Shown here: in pieces, positions 39,201-54,344 of the stretch
How positions within the stretch are numbered: the stretch's first letter is position 1
Layout of the letters: every line of letters begins with the position of its first letter
Assembly: GCA_002269645.1 (NCBI GenBank)
Contig: NIVC01003892.1
Coordinates: 1 to 64,000 of the forward strand
Reading direction: 5' to 3'
DNA from: Macrostomum lignano
Taxonomy: Eukaryota
DNA: 64,000 bases
The notes under the pieces: model-generated
Databases searched by the model: none
What the model was told of the DNA's origin: nothing
The model's input: only the letters and a program-made list of their open reading frames with translations
Program-made: the position numbers and the translations under genes

Positions 39201-40884
39201 GACGCGGAGCTTCTCAGCCGGTCTGCATGCCGCCTCTCGAACCGATTTGGAACGCCGCCTCGCCGACCGGCTACTTGACTTGCCCGACAACGTCTGGGAT
39301 CGGCACTCGACCGACTGCTCAGCGACGTCAACGTCGGGTTTGGCTTTCGGCCCCGGCTGTCGCCTGTTCCTGGATCGGCTGGTCTCCGCCGATTTCCAAA
39401 GTCCGCTGGTCGCCCTAGACGGATCTGTTGCCGAGCTTCAGCCGAGACTGTCCGAGCGCTGTCCGGTTGTCCGGCTGCACCTCGGCGGGAGCGTGGCCGA
39501 CTATGTCGAGTTGCGACTGTCGGCCGATTCTGGCTCCGACGCCTCCCTGACGGTGCCGCTGCCGGCAGCCGTCGCCGAGGTTGCCTGCGTTTATCTGCGA
39601 TGCCTGCTCGGCGAGCTGCCCGACCTTTCCCTGTGCGGCGGCGTCAGTGGCAGCGGCGGCAGGCGTCGGCACTCGCGTCGCTGCCAGGTGCTGATGCTTG
39701 ACCGCGATGCCGCCTGCTGCTTGGCTTGTCGCCAGCAGCAGCGGCAGGTCGCGACGACGGCAGATTCGACAACGGCTACGAAGGATGCCGCCGCGCCAAG
39801 CTGTTCGTCGGCGCCGTTCCTGGAGCCGCCAGTCGAGCCTTCTCTGCGGCGTCTTCGATGCCTGGTGGATTTGTGCGGCCGCTGCTCAGCCCTGGAGCCC
39901 GGCTCCGATCTCTGCCTGCTGCTGGGACACTCGCTCAAATCCGCTCTGGTTGCGCGACAGGGCGCTCAGGTGAGTGAATGAGTGAGTGAGTCAGTAAGGG
40001 ATTGAGCGAGTAAGTGAGTGATTGACTGAGTGAGTGAGTGAGTGAGTGAGTGAGTAAGTGAGTAAGTGAATGACTGGGTGAGTGAGTCAGGGAGTAAGTG
40101 AGTGAATGAATGAGTGAGTCAGTGAGTAATTGAGTGAGTGAGTGAATGAATGAGGGAGTGAGTGAGTGAGTGATTGAGTGAGTGAGTGAATGAATGAGGG
40201 AGTGAGTCAGTGAGGGATTGAGCGAGTGAGTGAGTGAGTGAATAAATGAGGGAGTGAGTCAGTGAGTAATTGAGTGAGTGAGTGAGTGAATGAATGAGGG
40301 AGTGAATCAGTGAGTGATTGAGTGAGTGAGTGAATGATTAAGTGAATGAGTAAATGAATGAGGGAGTGACTGAGGGAGTAAATAAGTGAGTGAATGAATG
40401 AGTGAATGAATGAGATAGTGAGTGAGTGAGTGAATGAGTAACTGAGTGAATGAGTGAGTGAGTGAATGAGGGAGTGCTTGAGTGATAATGACTGACAGTT
40501 GCACAATCGCATTCTCAACTTGATTGTCGGCCTTCACCCACGCAGCTCGCTGGCGCCCGTCTGCCCCCGCTGACCTGTCACAGTCGGGTGCTGCAGCTGG
40601 CCGCCGGCCTGTTGTGCACCCTGGGCAGTCGGGCCTACTCGCTGGTGACTCTCAACCTGCCTCTTGGCCTGCCATCGGCTGGGGAGCTGGCCGGCTGTCA
40701 TCTAAGCGAGGACTTGCTGACTGTTCTGCGGCATCGCGACCAAGAGCTCGAGTCGGCGAAGCGATCCGGCTTCAGAGTTGTCGACGCTGGCACTGCTGCC
40801 AGCCAAACTGCCGGATCTCGTAACAGCACAACAGTTTCCAATAAGCGAATGTCTGTTAAACGTGTTCAGGTGATCATACCTTGA
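36286..40884 (+). CDS. Cys-rich putative nuclear protein (about 679 aa, 4 exons) with NLS/AT-hook-like N-terminus and P-element-transposase-like C-terminal motif
   Basis: Exons 36286-36582, 38182-38715, 39100-39969 and 40546-40884 are all phase 0, GT-AG and open. N-terminus MPPIAKRKAKKRRLLCRGRPKGPMKRPR; several CxxC pairs; C-terminal LAAGLLCTLGSRAYSLVTLNLPLGLPS. The exon structure is well supported; the function is inference. Confidence 0.75.
36700..38140. repeat. 27-31-bp minisatellite filling intron 1 (GCTGGGCCACCCGCCTCCCAGATCCTCAGTT)
   Basis: About 48 units; variant composition shifts gradually along the array. Confidence 0.96.
38745..39000. repeat. 22-bp minisatellite in intron 2 (ACAATGGAGTGATAATAGAGAC)
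   Basis: About 11 units. Confidence 0.94.
39970..40480. repeat. (GAGT/GAAT)n degenerate microsatellite starting at the intron 3 donor
   Basis: The donor GTGAGT is itself the first repeat unit. Confidence 0.93.
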
Positions 40885-41574
40885 CCTCGATTCAGTAGTG
40901 CAACTAAGGACTTCTGAAGGAAAGTACTAAGCATAACGAGGTGAATAATTAGAAATCAAACCTTCATGCGTTTTGACACAAAAAAGCTTGTCACTTGATT
41001 TGTTCGCTTTGCCTGACAATAAAAACAATATGTACTTTATAGAGAAAATACGTTGATCATAATATGTAACGCCGACATATTGCCCATCGTTAACTATTGA
41101 AAATGCAAATGGAAATATCATTAGTTTTCGATTCATTTTCGTCATTAAGTGCCCGCCAACGAGTTTTCCTATATGTAGGTAGCATAGGGAACGAGTACGT
41201 TATTATCATATCCTGTTGGCCTTGAACTAATTTTAATTCCGAACACATTCTACAAGCGGCATTTCATCTGCGTTTTACATCGACGCCTGCTTCTCAAAAC
41301 CGAAGGAAGTTCGCACAGCTATGCAAGTCGTCTACACGGAAGAACAAAGAAACTGTGCAGCAACTGCTACAAAAGACTTAATCACAAAAGGTGGAGAGTG
41401 ATGGACAGGCCCGGCACGGCAGCACCACACAAGCGGAGAGCGACGAAGATGTTGCCTGACTTTGTACATGTACAATCGTTAATTGTCTTACTTGAAAAGA
41501 CACTTGTCATCTCGCAGTGTGGCAAAATGTATTAGAGATATTTTTTATCAAAGCCACACAACCGGCGAGAGGCA

Positions 41575-42742
41575 TTACTGCCCATTCCACCGACTCCCCT
41601 GAGCAGGCACACAAGCGCGCGGATACGTACGCAGTCGTACGCACAGGCACACACTCACACAGGAGTGTACAGCGGCCAAGTGAATGTACACTTCACTGTG
41701 CCTTAGGGGTTGGGCCTCAATGACGTTAATTGCACGAGCAGAGCCACGCCAGGATTCTGATATAGCCCCAAACTAGTGACTGCACTTGTGGGGTGGGTTT
41801 CACAACCGCTAAATCACCTACTTTCATAAGCGCTAAGTTTCATAATCGCGAAACTTCACAACCGCTTAATTTTTTCCAGTCACTTTCACAAACGCGAAAC
41901 TTCACAACCGCGAAACTTCACAAACGCGAAACTTCACAACCGCGAAACTTCACAAACGCGAAACTTCACAACCGCGAAACTTCACAAACGCGAAACTTCA
42001 CAAACGCGAAACTTCACAACCGCTAAATGTCTCTACTTTCACAAACGCGAGACTTCACAACCGCGAAACTTCACAAACGCGAAACTTCACAACCGCTAAA
42101 TGTCTCTACTTTCACAAACGCGAAACTTCATAACCGCGAAATGTCTCTACTTTCACAAACGCGAAACTTCATAACCGCTAAATGTCTCTACTTTCACAAA
42201 CGCGAAACTTCACAACCGCTAAATGTCTCTACTTTCACAAACGCGAAACTTCATAACCGCTAAATGTCTCTACTTTCACAAACGCGAAACTTCACAACCG
42301 CGAAACTTCACAAACGCGAAACTTCACAACCGCTAAATGTCTCTACTTTCACAAACGCGAAACTTCATAACCGCGAAATGTCTCTACTTTCACAAACCCG
42401 AAACTTCATAACCGCGAAATGTCTCTACTTTCACAAACGCGAAACTTCATAACCGCGAAATGTCTCTACTTTCACAAACGCGAAACTTCATAACCGCGAA
42501 ATGTCTCTACTTTCACAAACGCGAAACTTCATAACCGCGAAACTTCACAACCGCTAAAATTTTTGCACTTACTTTCATATAAAAGAGTCTTTTTAGCGGT
42601 TGTGAAGTTTAGCGCTTATGAAAGTGACTGCAATTTTTTTAGCGGTTGTGAAGTTTCGCGGTTGTGAAAGCACCCTGCACTTGGAATCGAGCCTGGGCCG
42701 CTGGCACATCAGAGCGCCGCACTAGACCACTGAGCTACGGCG
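41575..42742 (-). mobile_element. SINE family B copy with a tRNA-like head, interrupted by a MITE
   Basis: Head 42742..42684 reads GGCGCCGTAGCTCAGTGGTCTAG...GGCTCGATTCC (A and B boxes). The body resumes at 41788 and matches 28070-28300. Confidence 0.88.
41789..42674. mobile_element. Non-autonomous TIR element (~886 bp) made of CACAACCGCGAAACTT/CACAAACGCGAAACTT subrepeats, 8-9-bp TSD
   Basis: TSD CTGCACTTG at 41780-41788 and 42675-42683. Left GGGTGGGTTTCACAACCGC versus reverse complement of the right end GGGTGCTTTCACAACCGC. Inverted subterminal repeats at 42595-42670. Confidence 0.85.
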
Positions 42743-43334
42743 CCTCTTAGCGAGTTTTCAGTTTTTCAGCACTGAATTCGGAATATTCCACCTTCTGCAT
42801 GGCCTCCAAATTCTCGAGCTACATTTTATCTTCTTTATGAAATGCTACCGAAAGCCGGCAATCGAACAGAGTTGAAGCGAAATTCAGATTAGTGGGTAAA
42901 CCTCCGGAAGCTTAATGCATGATTAAATAAGTGTTTGCTATTCATTACTGTGTGCGTGCCTGTCCGGCACGCGGTTTGAAGAATCGCTTGTTGATGCTGT
43001 CGCTGCTAGAGGCAATTGGAAACTTCTTTGACGGGAATTGCGGTCCAGCAGACACTGCCGTTGGGAGCGCTGCATGTAGGTCAAGGAGTGTAGGACATTT
43101 TATTACAGCTAACGACATTTTATTACAGCTAACGGTTAGCGATGACTGCTGAAGACTGCCGGGTCCGCAAGGTCTGTCTATTTCAACACAACTTGGCTGC
43201 CGAAACTCCGTCTTTGATTGGCTGCCTCTCCGTCTGAGCGAGTCGCATTCGTCCGTAGCCATTAAATATCAATATATGATTTATAGTTCGATATATAATC
43301 GAAAATCATTCATGAAGCTCATCTATGAATGTTT

Positions 43335-44025
43335 CCAACATCCTATCCATGAATTGTGCTCAACTCCTATCCATGAATGTTGCTCAACTCATATCCATGA
43401 ATTGTGCTCAACTCCTATCCATGAATGTTGCTCAACTCATATCCATGAATGTTGCTCAACTCATATCCATGAATGTTGCTCAACCCCTATCCATGAATGT
43501 TGCTCAACTCCTATCCATGAATGTTGCTCAACTCATATCCATGAATGTTGCTCAGCTCCTATCCATGAATGTTGCTCAACTCATATCCATGAATGTTGCT
43601 CAGCTCCTATCCATGAATGTTGCTCAACCCCTATCCATGAATGTTGCTCAACCCCTATCCATGAAAGTTGCTCAGCTCATATCCATGAATGTTGCTCAAC
43701 TCATATCCATGAATGTTGCTCAGCTCATATCCATGAATGTTGCTCAACTCCTATCCATGAATGTTGCTCAACTCATATCCATGAATGTTGCTCAACCCCT
43801 ATCCATGAATGTTGCTCAGCTCATATCCATGAATGTTGCTCAACTCATATCCATGAATGTTGCTCAACTCATATCCATGAATGTTGCTCAGCTCATATCC
43901 ATGAATGTTGCTCAGCTCATATCCATGAATGTTGCTCAGCTCATATCCATGAATGTTGCTCAGCTCATATCCATGAATGTTGCTCAACTCCTATCCATGA
44001 ATGTTGCTCAACTCCTATCCATGAC
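43335..44025. repeat. 24-bp minisatellite (ATCCATGAATGTTGCTCAACTCAT)
   Basis: About 29 units; abuts the truncated end of the LINE fragment. Confidence 0.97.
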
Positions 44026-44034
44026 TTTCTGTCC

Positions 44035-45000
44035 GTGGGTTGACCAGAAGAGCGTTCACGACCAGGTTCCAGAGCGTCGGGGTAAGGACTCTGCCTTCTG
44101 GTCCCCCCTAAACAGACTCCGGTGAAAGCAGTTTGCCCAAGGAGTTGGGCAGTGACGTTACGGTTGGAAACCAAGTTCATGATCCACCGTATGAGGGTAT
44201 AGCACGAGCTTTGCTATTTTGAAGGGCCCCCTGAAACGCCTCGAAAATGACGTTGTCGAAGGCGCCTTTGATTTCGAGGAAATGCACGCCGCTAGGGTGG
44301 CTTCATCCATAGATTTTTTTTCTGATCATGGCTGGTTTGGACATTTTGTCCGTTGTAAGGGCCTTGACAAGCCTAGAAGTACACTAGGTCTGTCTTGGTC
44401 TAACTCATTGCAAAATTGGCGCCATTTACATTACTTGGCTTTGGAGCTGGGAGGTTACCGGTTTTCATTGCACGGCGATGGAGGCTTTTGGTCTTCGCCT
44501 GAGCTTTCCCAGCTCCGGGTTCCACCACGGGATCGAGGTCTTGCCTTTGTAGGCATGGACAGCGCTGGCCGCTTCATAAGCTGCAATCCCGTCCGCGTCT
44601 CAGGGGTATGGTCAACATCCTCGCAGGTCTCAGTCGGACATAGGCCGTTGAGTTCCTGCAGATGCAGACCAATGATAGCCTTATAGGCCGTCCAGTCAAT
44701 GTTGCGGATGTCAAAGACTGGTACTTACTGTCCGTGATGTTGAAGACCATGAAGCAGTGGTCAGACAAGGAGGGTTCCTCTGATCAGACTCTCCTCTCCT
44801 CTCAACTCTATCAACGAGTCTCAGGGGTATCGAGTTTGGCATCGATAACCTCGGTCCATCTGCTGGCCTTCGCGAAGAAAAACAGCTCCGCCGAATCCAG
44901 CATCCAAGGAGACCGCCGGCAGTCGCTGGAGCAGCTGTGCGGAGGCTAATGAGAACGCATCATGTGCTTCGCAGCATCATCCGCTCAATGCCGATGGAGA
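44035..45000 (-). mobile_element. Degenerate, frameshifted non-LTR retrotransposon ORF2 fragment (R1/Loa-like APE-RT)
   Basis: Minus-strand motifs occur in order across shifting frames: SDHCFMVFNI (APE end), RNIDWTAYK, AAYEAAS...PWWNPELGKLRR, KWRQFCNELD, FLEIKGAFDNV, LIRWIMNLVSNR, VLTPTLWNLVVNALL. FLDIEGAFDN- and PLLWNLVV-type motifs are typical of R1/Loa-clade RTs. Confidence 0.85.
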
Positions 45001-45949
45001 TTCCATCGACAATCAGTTCAATCAGATAGGGGTCAGGTTGGGGTTTAGGGTTTAGGGTCCCCATCCCTAGTTAAAGAGTTTTTATTCATAGTCAGCCCAA
45101 AGGCCATGATAAAGGTTGGTGGGCTACCCAAGAAGGGGCGCAGTGTACTCACCCGGGGAAGTAGGCCAAAAGAACCCGACACCAGCAGGGGGACCGCTAG
45201 CGACCGGACTACACCCCGGTATCCCAGCCCATCGGCATGCTCAAACACCTTGGGCATTAGAGGTCGACAAATAGCAGTGCCAGCAGGTATCGCAGTCTAG
45301 CTGCGTACCTTCTGTTTTGGTCAAAGGGGTGGCACCTGATATCGCACAGGTAAGCGTATCGTGATAACCCCGTACCCTTAGAGGCTAAGGCCAGAGGCCA
45401 GAGCCCCAGAAGGGTAACCGGCGCTGTTGCCCATCCCTGCGGTCTACCTGGAACACCTGCGGGGCGTGTACGAGCGTACCCCTGGGTCGGCTGGTGCAAC
45501 AGCATCGACCTCCAGCCATGCCTGCTCTAAAGAGAGGTTGGTTGAGTAGGTGCGAAGCATATATTGAAAATCTGCATGTTAGTTATTAACTACAGTCTTG
45601 AAAGACTGAATGAGAGATGCATGGGACCCCAGGTGCGCTTAGTTCTCTTTTATGAGAAAAAATGCCGGTTCAAAGCAACGCAATGATTGTAAGAAACTTC
45701 TAACGCCTCCAGGTTTCCACAATGTTCTTTGAACCATTCATGCAATCATGCGTGCGGATTCTTCGAAATCGAAACAAACTAAAAGAGTTTTTTCAATTTT
45801 TTTCAACATGCATTTCTCAAAGAATGTTAACTACCACATTGCCTTCGGTTCAGAACGCAAGAGCGTCAGAGCGACTCGGTTCACTTTTGCAGCAATTTTT
45901 TTTAGAAAAAAAATATTTTACAACAGCACACAGGACACACAGGTTAGTG

Positions 45950-48900
45950 CGCCAGCTACAGAGGGGCGCCAGCTACAGAGGGGCGCCAGCTACAGAGGGG
46001 GCGCCAGCTACAGAGGGGGCGCCAGCTACAGAGGGGGCGCCAGCTACAGAGGGGGCGCCTGCCAGCTACAGAGGGGGCTCCAGCTACAGAGGGGGCGCCA
46101 GCTACAGAGGGGGCTCCAGCTACAGAGGGGGTGCCAGCTACAGAGGGGGCTCCAGCTACAGAGGGGGCGCCAGCTACAGAGGGGGCGCCAGCTACAGAGG
46201 GGGCGCCTGCCAGCTACAGAGGGGGCTCCAGCTACAGAGGGGGCGCCAGCTACAGAGGGGGCTCCAGCTACAGAGGGGGCGCCAGCTACAGAGGGGGCTC
46301 CAGCTACAGAGGGGGCTCCAGCTACAGAGGGGGCGCCAGCTACAGAGGGGGCTCCAGCTACAGAGGGGGCTCCAGCTACAGAGGGGGCTCCAGCTACAGA
46401 GGGGGCGCCAGCTACAGAGGGGGCGCCAGCTACAGAGGGGGCGCCTGCCAGCTACAGAGGGGGCTCCAGCTACAGAGGGGGCGCCAGCTACAGAGGGGGC
46501 GCCAGCTACAGAGGGGGCGCCAGCTACAGAGGGGGCGCCAGCTACAGAGGGGGCTCCAGCTACAGAGGGATCGCCAGCTACAGAGGGGGCGCCAGCTACA
46601 GAGGGGGCTCCAGCTACAGAGGGGGCTCCAGCTACAGAGGGGGCGCCAGCTACAGAGGGGGCGCCAGCTACAGAGGGGCGCCAGCTACAGAGGGGGCTCC
46701 AGCTACAGAGGGGCGCCAGCTACAGAGGGGGCTCCAGCTACAGAGGGGGCTCCAGCTACAGAGGGGGCGCCAGCTACAGAGGGGGCGCCAGCTACAGAGG
46801 GGCGCCAGCTACAGAGGGGGCTCCAGCTACAGAGGGGGCTCCAGCTACAGAGGGATCGCCAGCTACAGAGGGGGCGCCAGCTACAGAGGGGGCGCCAGCT
46901 ACAGAGGGGGCGCCAGCTACAGAGGGGGCTCCAGCTACAGAGGGATCGCCAGCTACAGAGGGGGCGCCAGCTACAGAGGGGGCTCCAGCTACAGAGGGGG
47001 CTCCAGCTACAGAGGGGGCGCCAGCTACAGAGGGGGCGCCAGCTACAGAGGGGCGCCAGCTACAGAGGGGGCTCCAGCTACAGAGGGGCGCCAGCTACAG
47101 AGGGGGCTCCAGCTACAGAGGGGGCTCCAGCTACAGAGGGGGCGCCAGCTACAGAGGGGGCGCCAGCTACAGAGGGGCGCCAGCTACAGAGGGGGCTCCA
47201 GCTACAGAGGGGGCTCCAGCTACAGAGGGATCGCCAGCTACAGAGGGGGCGCCAGCTACAGAGGGGGCGCCAGCTACAGAGGGGGCGCCAGCTACAGAGG
47301 GGGCGCCTGCCAGCTACAGAGGGGGCTCCAGCTACAGAGGGGGCGCCAGCTACAGAGTGGAGGCGCCAGCTACAGAGGGGGCGCCAGCAACAGGGGGGGT
47401 TCCAGCTACAGAGGGGGCGCCAGCTACAGAGGGGGTGCCAGCTACAGAGGGGGTGCCAGCAACAGGGGGGTTCCAGCTACAGAGGGGGCGCCAGCTACAG
47501 AGGGGGCGCCAGCTACAGAGGGGGCTCCAGCTACAGAGGGGGTGCCAGCTACAGAGGGGGTGCCAGCAACAGGGGGGTTCCAGCTACAGAGGGGGCGCCA
47601 GCTACAGAGGGGGCGCCAGCTACAGAGGGGGCTCCAGCTACAGAGGGGGTGCCAGCTACAGAGGGGTGCCAGCTACAGAGGGGGTGCCAGCAACAGGGGG
47701 GGTTCCAGCTACAGAGGGGGTGCCAGCTACAGAGGGGGCGCCAGCTACAGAGGGGGTGCCAGCAACAGGGGGCGCCCAGCTACAGAGGGGGCGCCAGCTA
47801 CAGAGGGGGCGCCAGCTACAGAGGGGGCTCCAGCTACAGAGGGGGCTCCAGCTACAGAGGGGGCGCCAGCTACAGAGGGGGGGCGCCAGCTACAGAGGGG
47901 GTGCCAGCTACAGAGGGGGCGCCAGCTACAGAGGGGGTGCCAGCTACAGAGGGGGCTCCAGCTACAGAGGGGGCTCCAGCTACAGAGGGATCGCCAGCTA
48001 CAGAGGGGGCGCCAGCTACAGAGGGGGCGCCAGCTACAGAGGGGGCGCCAGCTACAGAGGGGGCGCCTGCCAGCTACAGAGGGGGCTCCAGCTACAGAGG
48101 GGGCGCCAGCTACAGAGCGGAGGCGCCAGCTACAGAGGGGGCGCCAGCAACAGGGGGGGTTCCAGCTACAGAGGGGGCGCCAGCTACAAAGGGGGTGCCA
48201 GCTACAGAGGGGGTGCCAGCAACAGGGGGGGTTCCAGCTACAGAGGGGGCGCCAGCTACAGAGGGGGCGCCAGCTACAGAGGGGGCTCCAGCTACAGAGG
48301 GGGTGCCAGCTACAGAGGGGGCGCCAGCTACAGAGGGGGTGCCAGCTACAGAGGGGGTGCCAGCAACAGGGGGGTTCCAGCTACAGAGGGGGTGCCAGCT
48401 ACAGAGGGGGCGCCAGCTACAGAGGGGGTGCCAGCTACAGAGGGGGTGCCAGCAACAGGGGGGGTTCCAGCTACAGAGGGGGTGCCAGCTACAGAGGGGG
48501 CGCCAGCTACAGAGGGGGTGCCAGCAACAGGGGGCGCCCAGCTACAGAGGGGGCGCCAGCTACAGAGGGGGCGCCAGCTACAGAGGGGGCTCCAGCTACA
48601 GAGGGGGCTCCAGCTACAGAGGGGGCTCCAGCTACAGAGGGGGCGCCAGCTACAGAGGGGGGGGGCGCCAGCTACAGAGGGGGTGCCAGCTACAGAGGGG
48701 GCGCCAGCTACAGAGGGGTGCCAGCAACAGGGGGCGCCCAGCTACAGAGGGGGTGCCAGCTACAGAGGGGGCGCCAGCTACAGAGGGGGCGCCAGCTACA
48801 GAGGGGGCGCCAGCTACAGAGGGGTGCCAGCTACAGAGGGGGCGCCAGCTACAGAGGGGGCGCCAGCTACAGAGGGGGCGCCAGCTACAGAGGGGGCGCC

Positions 48901-49510
48901 AGCTACAGAGGGGGTGCCAGCTACAGAGGGGACGCCAGCTACAGAGGGGGCGCCAGCTACAGAGGGGGCGCCAGCTACAGAGGGGGCGCCAGCTACAGAG
49001 GGGGTGCCAGCAACAGGGGGCGCCAGCTACAGAGGGGGGGGCGCCAGCTACAGAGGGGGACGCCAGCTACAGAGGGGGCTCCAGCTACAGAGGGGGCGCC
49101 AGCTACAGAGGGGGCTCCAGCTACAGAGGGGGCTCCAGCTACAGAGGGGGCGCCAGCTACAGAGGGGCTCCAGCTACAGAGGGGGCTCCAGCTACAGAGG
49201 GGGCCAGCTACAGAGGGGGGACGCCAGCTACAGAGGGGGCGCCAGCTACAGAGGGGACGCCAGCTACAGAGGGGGCGCCAGCTACAGAGGGGACGCCAGC
49301 TACAGAGGGGGCGCCAGCTACAGAGGGGACGCCAGCTACAGAGGGGGCGCCAGCTACAGAGGGGGCGCCAGCTACAGAGGGGACGCCAGCTACAGAGGGG
49401 GCGCCAGCTACAGAGGGGGACGCCAGCTACAGAGGGGGCGCCAGCTACAGAGGGGGACGCCAGCTACAGAGGGGGCGCCAGCTACAGAGGGGGGCGCCAG
49501 CTACAGGGGG
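45950..49510. repeat. ~3.55-kb 18-bp GC-rich minisatellite (GCCAGCTACAGAGGGGGC)
   Basis: About 195 units with G-run length variants. The unit has no stop codon on +, which explains three kb-scale ORFs. Confidence 0.99.
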
Positions 49511-49964
49511 TCCCTACATACAGACCGACGCGAAAGCACAGGTGGGCCGCACGTCTCAGTCGAGAGACAGTCAAAGCATTCGGATTGCTCAATTATTGCT
49601 GCAGACTTGCTGCGTGTCTTTCGAATTGAAGTCATTAAAGACAGACCAAAAACGAAAAAGAAATTGGGTAACTTTTAGCAATTCCTCATCATCAAATGAG
49701 AGTCTGGCTTTTTCTGCTTTGCAGTGTGCGCTTGGCTGCTAGATAGAGATAGATATATTCTGCCGCCAGTTTCATGGGAGGTTGCAATCAGTGGAGGGTA
49801 AATGTGATGAGCGGGTGACACAGTAAATGGTTAATTGAAGGAAAGTTCATGCAATAATTTGTAGACTGGGCTGTTTGTTTAGGAAGAATATTGAAACCCC
49901 TCTGTAGCTGGCGCCCCTCTGGTTGGCAGTGCAGTTCTCGCATGCTTGGGCGCAACCTTGGCGT

Positions 49965-50260
49965 CAATTATTAAATCCTTGTGGCGTCAATTATTAAATC
50001 CATGTGGCGTCAATTATTAAATCCTTGTGGCGTCAATTATTAAATCCTTGTGGCGTCAATTATTAAATCCTTTGTGGCGTCAATTATTAAACCCTTGTGG
50101 CGTCAATTATTAAATCCTTGTGGCGTCAATTATTAAATCCTTGTGGCGTCAATTATTAAATCCTTGTGGCGCCAATTATTAAATCCTTGTGGCGTCAATT
50201 ATTAAACCCTTGTGGTGCCAATTATTAAATCCTTTGTGGCGCGAATCATCAAATCTTAAT
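49965..50260. repeat. 23-bp minisatellite (TGTGGCGTCAATTATTAAATCCT)
   Basis: About 12 units, upstream of the GPCR. Confidence 0.94.
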
Positions 50261-50524
50261 GGCGCCAATCAACAAAACTCAGGGCACTCTAAAAAACTTT
50301 AATCCAGCATTTTTTCGCCTAATCGTGTCAGTCCAATGTTGGTTGCTCATCAATCTCCAGGACCAATAAGGCTGCCCCGTTGTCCACTACAACCAATAGC
50401 AACCCAGTCTTTCCCAGCTAGCAAACATAAAAAAGTAATCTTTTTCTTTCTTCAGAAAAGCTTCTCGATTTTAAAATCCTGAAACTTAAGAAAGTGAGGA
50501 AAACATTCAACCAATTGCGAAAAA

Positions 50525-53072
<2,548 letters not shown>

Positions 53073-53159
53073 TGGCGAGCTAGTAGACCGGACACTTACT
53101 TGTACAGAGTGTCCGAGTGGCCGAAGTTGGACAGAACTGAAGCACATTGAAGTGTTTAG

Positions 53160-53680
<521 letters not shown>

Positions 53681-54344
53681 CCAGTCTTACGGCAAGGCGC
53701 ATGTCCATCATTTTCATTGTAAATATTTACTAAAGCTGTAAAATTTTCAGAAATTGTATCCCTCTTATTCGTCTTGATACTCGTATTTTTATAAAATAGT
53801 TTTGCTTGGACATAATTGAAGAATGCTGTTTTTCGATAGTTTTGTTAACCCCTATTCATACAAGGTGGTCTTTGCTGTTATATCTATATTAGCAGTCATA
53901 GGATCCAGAAAATATTTTTTACATTTTTTGCTTTTCACTGTCTAAAAATTTGAGCAAAAGGCTAATTATGCTTCCGTCTTAGTCAAAATGAATAAATAAG
54001 GCTTAAACTGCTTCACACAAGGCCCAATCAGCTTGTTTTATTATCGCATTTTAAATAGGGTTGATCAAGACTGAGTTAATCCACCGAATTATTTTACTAA
54101 TAAGTACTTAAACTGCTAACTACTTGCAGTAGCTATTAAGAATGTAAAGGCCGCCTTCGATTTTTTGTTTGATCGATTTTCTGCCACTGGATAAACAAAG
54201 AAAATTTTAGTTAAAGAAATGCTTTGCGATAAATATATGCTTCTCATCTAGCAGAAATTTGCGTCCTTGTCAATCTTTATTGTCTTGAAAAATTAGGACC
54301 AAGTGGTTCGCTGACTTCATTAAATAGTCAATAAGTTTATATAT

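Noticed and set aside
42684-42742. Functional tRNA genes here and at 55937-56010
   Set aside because: A and B boxes are present, but no complete cloverleaf or acceptor stem is evident and both continue into repeated SINE bodies.
42945-43262. 105-aa minus-strand ORF (MATDECDSL...)
   Set aside because: No recognisable domain, it contains a small internal duplication, and I could not link it to other exons.
45040-45060. GGGTTTAGGGTTTAGGG next to the R1-like LINE, suggesting telomere-targeted insertion
   Set aside because: Only two units, and not at a demonstrable element terminus.
45722-49742. Three overlapping 1200-1300-aa ORFs (PATEGA / SYRGG / QLQRG)
   Set aside because: All three frames are open only because the 18-bp unit has no stop codon, and G-run indels switch frames freely.
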